The notes beneath the pieces are model-generated. The model was not told where the DNA came from. It was given only the letters and a program-made list of their open reading frames with translations, and did not search any database. From Nemertoderma westbladi (taxonomy: Eukaryota; Animalia; Xenacoelomorpha): a DNA stretch of 57,027 nt. Below, one piece after another: positions 35,141-43,675 of the stretch. How positions within the stretch are numbered: position 1 is the stretch's first letter; each line of letters begins with the position of its first letter. The stretch is taken from assembly GCA_032718475.1 (NCBI GenBank), contig JAUCBJ010008351.1, positions 1 through 57,027 of the forward strand, written 5' to 3'. The position numbers were made by a program, and so were the translations under genes.

Positions 35141-38100
35141 TTAGTCTTTCTTGCGCGGACGGCGTTTACGCAGTTTTTTAAAGCTAGCAAGAGTCCTTTT
35201 CTCTTTGGGGCGAGCCACTTTACAAGGAGGGCTATAACTCCTGGGTGAAGGGTGCAATATGATTGCATCAGAGGGTGTAGGATTATGGTCGGTGTATCCG
35301 CCAGTCGAAGTACCGGGTTGATTGACATCAACGTCAGGTGAGAGGGGTCTAACGGCTTTGAGAGCTCGTTTCAAGACAGCCGCTCTTACGGGTCCTTTAC
35401 GAGTGGTCTGAACGAGGGCCGTGGGTGGACCATAGGCAGTTAGAAACTTCCGGGGTTTAATGGTCCTTTCCAACTCGCGTTCGCGGGCTCGGTATTCGTA
35501 AGGCCTTCGATGTACTTCCTGCAACTCAGGGTGTGAGTTAACAAACAAGTCTCCATAGTCCGGATCCTGACGGATATAATTGATTAAGTTATAGGAATGA
35601 AGGTCGCTAGGATTAACACTCCTGAGAAATTTGCGTACGAATTTAGTTGAAATACATTCTCCGACGCGCTTCAGTAGCTCGTAACTTGATATGCGTGATT
35701 TCTGTTCACCAGAAGCGAATAGATAAGGATGGAACGCATAAACTCCTTCGTAAGCGCGTCCGGGATAATAGCGATGGCGTGAATCACAATGTAAATCAGC
35801 GTTCGCTTCCCAAGCTCTGATGTAACGCAGTGTGATCATTTCATCTACGCTTTCCAAATCGTGATTAAAAGGGCAGTCGAAACTAGCATGTCCCTTTAGT
35901 TGACAATGGTGACATTGAGTCATAAATTGAGGGCAAACCGCAAAGATATGCAGGTTATTGAGTCTGCAATATGCGCAATAAATTTCCATAGCCGGTTGTT
36001 CTTGGAAATAGGAACAGCGGACGTTGGTGTCCATGGGCGTATCGTGGTCTCTCGATGCGCATAACCGACAACGTTGCCTAGAAACATAGTTGGCATGTCG
36101 ATAATCGTACGCAGTGAGACACTGTGGACCTTGATACCATTCTATGATATAATCGTTATCGCTGTTCCGGGGCGCGATAGGCTGAATCTCTTCAGATTCT
36201 AGACATATTGGTTCGTCTTCCAAGTGCATAGCTGAAGTGGGTGTGTCTGTCTCTTCAGGTGGACCTATTGTCTGAATTTCTACGACAGAATAACCTGTGG
36301 GGATTCGAGGTCTTTGTATAACAGAGGAGTGCAAGTTCGATATACAAATCTCTTTGAAAATGGCGAATCCAGCGCTATCCAACTTCTCTGCAGCTGAGTT
36401 TCTTAGGCTGAGTTTGGTCAAAGCGCGGTCTTTAAATTGGCTATCCACGTTGCGAAACGGGGTTAAAAATCGCCGGAAACATTCGAAACGGATGAATTTA
36501 TTATGTTCATCTAGCTTAGCGAGTTTTGTCCCAAGTATTAATGGATGGGCGCGTATAGTACGACTGCACACATCGGCTAGCCAACCGGCAAGTGCGGTGT
36601 TTTCAAAGATCGTGTATATAGCTAAGGAGGGACGGAGTGGAACACTCATGAAGCTATACACGGCGCCAGGTGCGGTCAATGGTCCATCAAAGTATAATCG
36701 AGAATAATGGTCTCCGTATACCTGTTGATAGTTAATGGGATTTCCGACTTTGAAATTCCATCCGTATTCCTGAAAGGCAAGATGTCCGATGGAAGTTCGT
36801 TGCACCTTGGTAATGTTGCTAGACGTATTAGCATACATGGTGCGGAAGAAACCTCGACCTTCTGCCCAGGGAGCAATCAGCTGAGTATCAACGAAAGGGT
36901 ATGGAATGTCCTCCATATTCCGAAAGTCGTTTTGGAGATCTCCATAAACAGCTGAGCCGATTTTAAGGATTCTTTCGTTGAACAACATCTCGAGTACGGG
37001 CTGGGGTAATATCGATCCATCGATGCCCATGGCCGGTTTGCGTTCGGTGTCAATGACGTAACGCTGCGCGAGTTCGAATTGTCCATGTCGGAGATTCTTT
37101 TGTGTTTCGGTAAGAGTTTCAAAAGAATAATCAATCAAGTCGGAACACGCTCGAGTAAACACATGGGTAGAACCTAATCCGCGGATGTGTATCATGCGCG
37201 TAGTTCCTAGCTCTCCGACCGGAACGCTACCTTCATTATCGTAGGTGACAACTCCATACATCTCAATAACATTAAGAGTTTCATTCCACTCCTTGGTGGC
37301 GTTCTCTAGGGTCATCCCTACTGGATGCCACAAGGTGGCGCATTGGTTAGCGTCAGGGAGATCACTATACTTCATATGCCGAGTGGTATACGTCTCTACA
37401 TTTCCAAATCTTTGTATTTTCTCTTCTTCAAATAATACATCTAGATTCCAATGGACTAATCGAGTTTTAATAAATCCATCGAGGTTATAAGGAGGTTCTA
37501 TATCTTTCTCGATTCGAGAAATGTTATATGGTTTTCTAAATGAGTTTACCTTTACTAACTGATCCAGATGTTTCTGCAATTGTTCGAGTTCGACAATGTC
37601 TAGAGGATTTATTAGTGGTAGAAACTTTAAATCATGTGTCGGGTCTTCTGGTTTTACCATATAATATTGAGTCAGATTAACGTAATAAGGGTGGTCTTTA
37701 ATCCCGTAAAACGAGTTCTGTAAAGGTCTAGCGCGTATGTTGACATCGTGTACCATACGACGGACAAGATCCGCTCGATTGTCCGGAGGTTCAACGAGTA
37801 TACCGTCAACATGAGCGGCCTCGATCGGTGGACGCTGTAACATAGGGGCGTCAGCGATAAGGTTTTGCGATCCTGTACTGATATCAACCGGTTGAGGTTG
37901 TATCGTCGCGAAGAGCTTGTCTCCGAAATGTGGAATCATAGAGGGATGACGAACGGTTTTAGAGTAGAGGTCCGTCATGAGGATTTGAGCTTCAGGTTGG
38001 GCTAAAGCGGCTTCTTCTCTTTCTTCCAGTTTCGTGTGTTTCTCTTCGATTAGATTTTCTTCCGCTTGTCTCTGTAAGCGTTCATCTAAAAATTCTTGTA

Positions 38101-38245
38101 GAGAATACGTGCGTCCAAGCTCGATGTCTTCCTCGAGGTTTTGGATTTCTCTATCGAACTGTGGCAAGGCTAACTCCTTCACCGATTGGACTTGTTGTTG
38201 TAATTTACGTTTATTGGAAGAGACGGTAACAATACCTGCAATATC
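35141..38245 (-). CDS. E2 accessory gene A: coiled coil + DEDDy (WRN/EXD/Mut-7-like) 3'-5' exonuclease-like domain + 3 CCHC knuckles + unnamed domain + basic tail
   Basis: VVTYDNEG (ExoI-like), LPQPVLEMLFNERILKIGSAVYGD (ExoII-like), FVDTQLIA, SIGHLAFQEYG and PLTAPGAVYSFMS (degenerate ExoIII). The frame is open to 38245 with no ATG for ~90 codons. Confidence 0.75.
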   Translation of the reverse strand, partial: DIAGIVTVSSNKRKLQQQVQSVKELALPQFDREIQNLEEDIELGRTYSLQEFLDERLQRQAEENLIEEKHTKLEEREEAALAQPEAQILMTDLYSKTVRHPSMIPHFGDKLFATIQPQPVDISTGSQNLIADAPMLQRPPIEAAHVDGILVEPPDNRADLVRRMVHDVNIRARPLQNSFYGIKDHPYYVNLTQYYMVKPEDPTHDLKFLPLINPLDIVELEQLQKHLDQLVKVNSFRKPYNISRIEKDIEPPYNLDGFIKTRLVHWNLDVLFEEEKIQRFGNVETYTTRHMKYSDLPDANQCATLWHPVGMTLENATKEWNETLNVIEMYGVVTYDNEGSVPVGELGTTRMIHIRGLGSTHVFTRACSDLIDYSFETLTETQKNLRHGQFELAQRYVIDTERKPAMGIDGSILPQPVLEMLFNERILKIGSAVYGDLQNDFRNMEDIPYPFVDTQLIAPWAEGRGFFRTMYANTSSNITKVQRTSIGHLAFQEYGWNFKVGNPINYQQVYGDHYSRLYFDGPLTAPGAVYSFMSVPLRPSLAIYTIFENTALAGWLADVCSRTIRAHPLILGTKLAKLDEHNKFIRFECFRRFLTPFRNVDSQFKDRALTKLSLRNSAAEKLDSAGFAIFKEICISNLHSSVIQRPRIPTGYSVVEIQTIGPPEETDTPTSAMHLEDEPICLESEEIQPIAPRNSDNDYIIEWYQGPQCLTAYDYRHANYVSRQRCRLCASRDHDTPMDTNVRCSYFQEQPAMEIYCAYCRLNNLHIFAVCPQFMTQCHHCQLKGHASFDCPFNHDLESVDEMITLRYIRAWEANADLHCDSRHRYYPGRAYEGVYAFHPYLFASGEQKSRISSYELLKRVGECISTKFVRKFLRSVNPSDLHSYNLINYIRQDPDYGDLFVNSHPELQEVHRRPYEYRARERELERTIKPRKFLTAYGPPTALVQTTRKGPVRAAVLKRALKAVRPLSPDVDVNQPGTSTGGYTDHNPTPSDAIILHPSPRSYSPPCKVARPKEKRTLASFKKLRKRRPRKKD

Positions 38246-39654
38246 CTACTGTAAAGTTTGTGAATCAAATAATAAATCCGACCTTCTCACCAAAACAGTA
38301 AACTCTAAGTAAGCGAATATATTGCAGTATCGATCTCTTATAACCGTTGAGGCAGAAAACAGTCTACGAGCAGACAAACTTCGATAAAACAAAATCCCGC
38401 GCAGCGAATCCTAAAATCAGGCTGACTCACTGACGGACTAAGGGGCTCGTATACTTTGCCGCGGTGTGATTTATATGGTTGGGCGAAAGGGACGCTAGCT
38501 AGGTACAGAGGCAGAGATTTGGAGATGTCTAACTAGCGGGCAAAACACAGTAAGGACGAAAGTTAATTTTATATATTTTGAGGTGTAAATAATTTCTAAC
38601 GCGCGTGTGTTAATTCTGAACGGTCAAAGCAGTTTTGCTCCTTCACATATATAATTACTGGGTACGGTGTGCATTTTACGAATATTCTAATTTTGTAACT
38701 TGTAGGTCCAATACTTACGAATGATAAGGTTCCTTCCCCTCTTGCGTATTTCCAGGACTCAAATTCAGGCATAAGGTTAATGCTACGCCCAGAATTCGGC
38801 AATTTTAATTTACCAGGCCCCTAATACTAAGAAGAAATGTGTTAGTTTACTACAGTAGGCCTACAGTTACTAATAGCTATCCTGGCTCTTATCTAGAATT
38901 TTAGTCACCTAGGTAGGCTGGGTAACTTCCTATCAAGACGTTGGAGGGGACACGGTAGATGTTAGTATATCCCTAATAGCCTCAATTTATTTGCGCCTAG
39001 TTGTAAACTGCCCTACCGCATGAACGGTACAATCCCAATTCAGGTGAAACACAGCAACCCTCCTAGCCTACAAGTTCTAATGCAATGGACACCGTTGTAC
39101 TACAAATAGTCGCAAGCGCACCTGCACTTAGCAAGAGTTAGGCGTACAGTTTGCTGCACCCTACCAATGTGTATGCTTCGTACCGGTGTGCCTACGTCCT
39201 ATCTGCGTACTAATATCTCTGCCTGCGCTCTCCCCCCCGTAGGAATGTGAAGGTCTACTGTGGTTTTTTCCTGAATCAAGACAGTACAGTCCCTAAGATG
39301 TAATTTTAGGCTTACAGCGTGTCACTACTTCTACCTTTTGATCTTTGGTCTTACGCTTAGGTAGCAAGGCGTCGAACGCTGTCTAACCTTTCAGGCGATG
39401 GGCGAATAACTGAGATGATATTGCGGGTTGTCTCTTGTCTACATTCCCGTGATGTTTCCCGTTCATTGCTGCGGCCCGATCTCTAGCCGGCCATCCTGTT
39501 CCTAAAGGTGTTCACCGTAGTGAATCATGGTGAAAAGAAAAGCAGATAGCGGTATTTCTGAATTTATTGCAGATAATAATACAAAAATGTAATCTGAAAC
39601 TAATGACAGAATAAACAATATTGAATAATACAGAAGATTAGAATGAATAAAGAT

Positions 39655-39830
39655 AGATAACTAATGAACAAATCGCACCTTTATATAGCAAATTTGTGCT
39701 GCAATCAATCGAGAAAATTCTCGATTGTTCTATAGGTTCTAACAGGTTTTTTAAATATAGCTATTGGTCCAGCTAATATATAACTTGCACGACATTGGTT
39801 ACAATCTAATAACTGCAGTCTCATTGGTTA
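39655..39830 (-). promoter_or_regulatory. Putative internal Pol II promoter (3x CCAAT + TATA) for accessory gene A
   Basis: CCAAT on the minus strand at 39827-39823, 39798-39794 and 39767-39763 (~30-bp spacing). TATATAAA at 39687-39680, with an Inr-like TTAGTT ~25 nt downstream. Confidence 0.5.
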
Positions 39831-39907
39831 ATCTAGGTACAAACAAATGCAATTTAATTTGTAGCGGTCAATTTAAATGAGTTGAAATTCTGCACAAAAA
39901 ATAATTC

Positions 39908-39982
39908 GCACTTACTAGGATTCGAACTCAATACCTACTACACATATAATTTCCAACGATCTACCGACTGAGCTACTGAACC
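39908..39982 (-). other. tRNA-like sequence with Pol III A and B boxes (pseudo-tRNA or SINE head)
   Basis: GGTTCAG-TAGCTCAGTCGGTAGA...GAGTTCGAATCC. The acceptor and anticodon stems do not pair well. Confidence 0.55.
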
Positions 39983-40299
39983 ACTTGACTAAACGTCGTA
40001 CAATAGATATAATAAATACAAATGAGGACTCAAAGTAATCTTTTACAAAGTTAATTCGAATAAAATAAAATTTTGAAAATCCACGGCATTTAGGGAATAT
40101 AATTCTATACCGCTCCATGAAAACAGGATATTATCGTGCATAAAATATACGGTTTTCACCAATAATCAATCAAACTATAGAATACTTAGGGCGTACTTAC
40201 ATATTTACAAATTAAATTTCAAACAATACTTCCTTTCTACATAATGATTCGATACAAAATAATTACAAATTCAAACTTTACGTAGTTAAGGCTTTACTA

Positions 40300-40990
40300 A
40301 GTAAGTACAATACAAATCTAAATTAAATTCACCAATATAAATCTATTGCATCTCAATATTGCATAAATTCAAGTAATTACAAATACAAATAAATGAAATC
40401 ATAAGAAAGGCTCGCGAGTCTTCCATCTACTATTGCATCTCAAATATTGCATAAATTCAAATAATTACAAATACTTTCGTGCCTAAATGTAGATTGCATA
40501 AGTTCGGAATAATTACAAATATGAGTCTTTCTAAGCACAAAACTTTCTAACTATAAAACTTTCTAAATACAAAATATAACACTTTACAAATGAAACTATA
40601 AGAAAGGCCCACGAGTCTTCCATCTACTCTTACTTTCTATTTCACTGTAAATACAAATACTGCTTATTAGATATAAATTGCATAGTATTCAGAACAATAT
40701 AAATTGCATAAGTTCGGAATAATCACAAATATAAAATATAAATTCTTACTAAATATAAATCTTTACTAAATATAAATATAAACTGCATAAGTTTAGAATA
40801 ATATAAACTCCTTTGCATCTCAAATATGAAACATAAATCTTTCAAATATAAGTTCCTTCTAAATATAAACTTTCTAAATTTCATAAATTCGGAACAATAC
40901 AAATTGCTTAAGTTCGGAATAAACACAAATATAAGTATAAATTCAAATAAATCACAAAATCATAAGAAAGGCTCACGAGTCTTCCGTCCA
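40300..40990. repeat. Degenerate AT-rich repeat region downstream of accessory gene B
   Basis: Recurrent TTGCATAA(A/G)TTC(G/A)GAATAATTACAAAT units and three AGAAAGGCTC.CGAGTCTTCC-type motifs. Confidence 0.7.
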
Positions 40991-41003
40991 CCCTTGCCCT
41001 CCT

Positions 41004-42488
41004 TTATCGCTTAGTTGATCGAGCCCTGCCGCGTCCTCGAAAACTGCGCACAGGTGACTTTGCTCGCGATATGGGACTTGTGGGGCGAGTCACTGGTTTC
41101 GTTTGGACGTTGAGAGACGGTGCGACTATTTCCTCGCAAATTCGTCTATTTGGCATCCCAAAACCTCGACCGATTCCTCGTGACCGATCAGTTGTCACTA
41201 CAGTTGGTAGAACGTCTGGGAACGCGCGAGAAGCGGACGACGCAGACCCAAGAGCAGCTTGCGCCCCCTTTTGATCAGCTGGTGTATGTCCCGATCCTCC
41301 TGTTGGTTCTCTAGGAAGCGATACCGTATCCCGAGTAATTCGAATGGTCGGCTCGACTCCCTTGCATTCTTCTATATTAATAGACTTCTTTAACTGTTGG
41401 CCCACTTTCTGGACCTGTATGATCCTACCCTGTCCGTCCTCCCGAGGGTGACGTGCAGACGGCGCGACCGGAGTGGCTGGTATATTCGTCGCCTCTAGGA
41501 CCTCCTCTTCCTCGAATACGCTCGCTCGTATACGTTTATGGTAAAACGCGGCTCGGTACGCCCATGCGACGGTTAACCAAGCTCCTTTATTCCGCTTTTC
41601 AGTTCGGAAACGATCGAATTCACCATACGTGATGCGATTAACGACTTTCTGAAAATTCCACGTGTTTTTGTTATCCGGGTGAATCTGTAGTAGATACTCG
41701 CGCACTACTCGGAATCCGCTGTCGTGGGGCAAAATATCGACAACCTCGATAAGTTCGTCATATTGGGGCATAGCGGAGATGTATCCTTCCGACATCATCG
41801 TTTGGGGATTTACCGCCCAAAATCCAAGATGCGCTCTCATCGGAAACCGTCTTCTTTGTGCCGATACATGTTCGTCGGCTAAATCTTCCCACTCATCGAA
41901 TAATTTCCTCACGAGTTTTACAGATTCGTGTTCATAAGGTATGTCTCTTAGTTGGCATTCAGATGCTCGATGCCCTTTTATATTGCAATAAGTACATTGA
42001 GCCATAAATCTCCAGCAAGTATAAAAGGTATGAGACCCTTGATCTCCACACCATCCACAGATTAGCTGAGTCGTAGTAATGTGCTTTCCACTGCACTTTG
42101 TCATATGATGTCCAGCGACGCCACATTTACCACACATCGTATTGGCAGGGTACCACACTCGTTCGTATATAAGATCTCCAATCGGTCGAGCGCTTCCTCC
42201 CACACTATAATCGTAATCATCTGGATCTATGGGTTGGTAGGTTTCTGAAGGTTGTATACAAACTATAGCATCTGTTGCTTCAAGTTGTCGAATCTCCGTC
42301 TGAGATTTCTTCGGGAGGTTCCTTTCTATCTCAAGAAGTTCCTCTAAAGGATCGTCAGCGATCGTAGTAGTTACTTCGAAATCATCACCAAGGTGACCGA
42401 TAGGCGCGCGCGTCTGCCGTGATTCATCCGTAATCTCCACGATACGTTCTCCTTCATAGGGTAACATAGTTGTTGATGGTTCGAACAC
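41004..42488 (-). CDS. E2 accessory gene B, C-terminal part: 3 CCHC knuckles + unnamed domain paralogous to gene A, RG/RS-rich basic tail
   Basis: CGKCGVAGHHMTKC, CGWCGDQGSHTFYTC and CTYCNIKGHRASEC. WEDLADEHVSAQRRRFPMRAHLGFWAVNP aligns to WEANADLHCDSRHRYYPGRAYEGVYAFHP in gene A. Confidence 0.75.
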   Translation of the reverse strand: MFEPSTTMLPYEGERIVEITDESRQTRAPIGHLGDDFEVTTTIADDPLEELLEIERNLPKKSQTEIRQLEATDAIVCIQPSETYQPIDPDDYDYSVGGSARPIGDLIYERVWYPANTMCGKCGVAGHHMTKCSGKHITTTQLICGWCGDQGSHTFYTCWRFMAQCTYCNIKGHRASECQLRDIPYEHESVKLVRKLFDEWEDLADEHVSAQRRRFPMRAHLGFWAVNPQTMMSEGYISAMPQYDELIEVVDILPHDSGFRVVREYLLQIHPDNKNTWNFQKVVNRITYGEFDRFRTEKRNKGAWLTVAWAYRAAFYHKRIRASVFEEEEVLEATNIPATPVAPSARHPREDGQGRIIQVQKVGQQLKKSINIEECKGVEPTIRITRDTVSLPREPTGGSGHTPADQKGAQAALGSASSASRAFPDVLPTVVTTDRSRGIGRGFGMPNRRICEEIVAPSLNVQTKPVTRPTSPISRAKSPVRSFRGRGRARSTKR

Positions 42489-43012
42489 CTCGCCAATATC
42501 GGTTCGGGATTTTCCTTATTCAAACGCATCGGAATCGCATTTCGTTGTTCGCGCATACAAGAACCGCATTGATAATAAAGTTTATAAACTGAAAATGCTT
42601 CCTTGGTTTCTCTATCGTCCCCTCGAGTTCGTCTGTAAAGATGCATTCCATCAAATTCATCTCGTACCGCGGGCATAGGTTCGTGCGCCTTCAGGTATTG
42701 CATGGTATGATACAAACGACTAATTTCAGTATCGGGGTCTTCGCTAATGTCTCCCGTATCACACAAAGCGTCGTACGGGTAAAGTTCATTGAAGGTTTTG
42801 CGCAAACTTTCGATTCTTTCATTTAATGCGTTTTGTCTTCTCTTTAATACATTTGAGTCATATTTAGTTCTCGCGAGTTTCGCTGTACTTTCCGATAATT
42901 CCTTTATACCGAATATAGTGTAGTCCTTGGCTCCAAATCTTTCGAATGGCGCTGCTGCCTCCTCTTGGATATCATATCCCCATCTCGGCTCTCCTTGTAT
43001 CCCTTTCTCCAT
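42371..43012 (-). CDS. E2 accessory gene B, probable N-terminal part (overlaps the next ORF; frameshift near 42490-42520)
   Basis: ATG start, coiled-coil-like segment and a CxxC. The downstream ORF begins at GTG with its frame open only back to ~42515. Confidence 0.55.
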   Translation of the reverse strand: MEKGIQGEPRWGYDIQEEAAAPFERFGAKDYTIFGIKELSESTAKLARTKYDSNVLKRRQNALNERIESLRKTFNELYPYDALCDTGDISEDPDTEISRLYHTMQYLKAHEPMPAVRDEFDGMHLYRRTRGDDRETKEAFSVYKLYYQCGSCMREQRNAIPMRLNKENPEPILARCSNHQQLCYPMKENVSWRLRMNHGRRARLSVTLVMISK

Positions 43013-43675
43013 AATTAGGGGTGTAGTTACATAATCATTACTACTAGAGGGAATACAACAGAGTTTGTAGTTAGTTGTGAGGAGACGTGAGAGTTTCGTC
43101 TGCCCTTTGGGCTCGACAACGCTCTAACCTCCTACCCATAGCCTAAGATCTAGGGTTTCTTTAATGACACGCTGCTTCTTATCTAAAATTTTTTGCCGAA
43201 ATAAAAAACGAATTTGGGCTAAACTGGCTGTGAGTCTAAAATACTCACCTTTTGATCCCAAACTATTATCAGAAAATAAGCAGTCAAGAATTAGTAATAA
43301 ATATAGGGAAGTCTATTTATTTGACGTAACTTATTGAAACAAGACCGTGTAAAATTTAATTAAAATTTTAAGAAAGGCTCGCAAGTCTTCCTCTCTTGTT
43401 TCTCTAATTTTAAGTTCCACCCGACTGTACCCTGAAATCTATTCACTGGAGAAAATTTTAAAAAATTTTCAAATCCAAATGGATTGTCTAAAATTTCGAA
43501 AATGTCTCAATATTGTGAGTTCCAAGTAGAATTCCATTTCTTATACCTACAAATCCCGCTCCTATGTGACACATAAGGGTACTACCCTCAATGTTCACAT
43601 ATAAAGACAATGGAATTCTACCGCTGTCCTTACTACAGTGTACAGGTACGTGGAAATCTATTTGTAAACTCCTAA

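Noticed and set aside
39908-39982. Functional tRNA gene
   Set aside because: The acceptor and anticodon stems do not pair; kept only as tRNA-like.
35141-43012. env genes in the post-pol position
   Set aside because: No signal peptide, transmembrane helix or fusion-protein cysteine pattern; the proteins have CCHC knuckles and basic tails.
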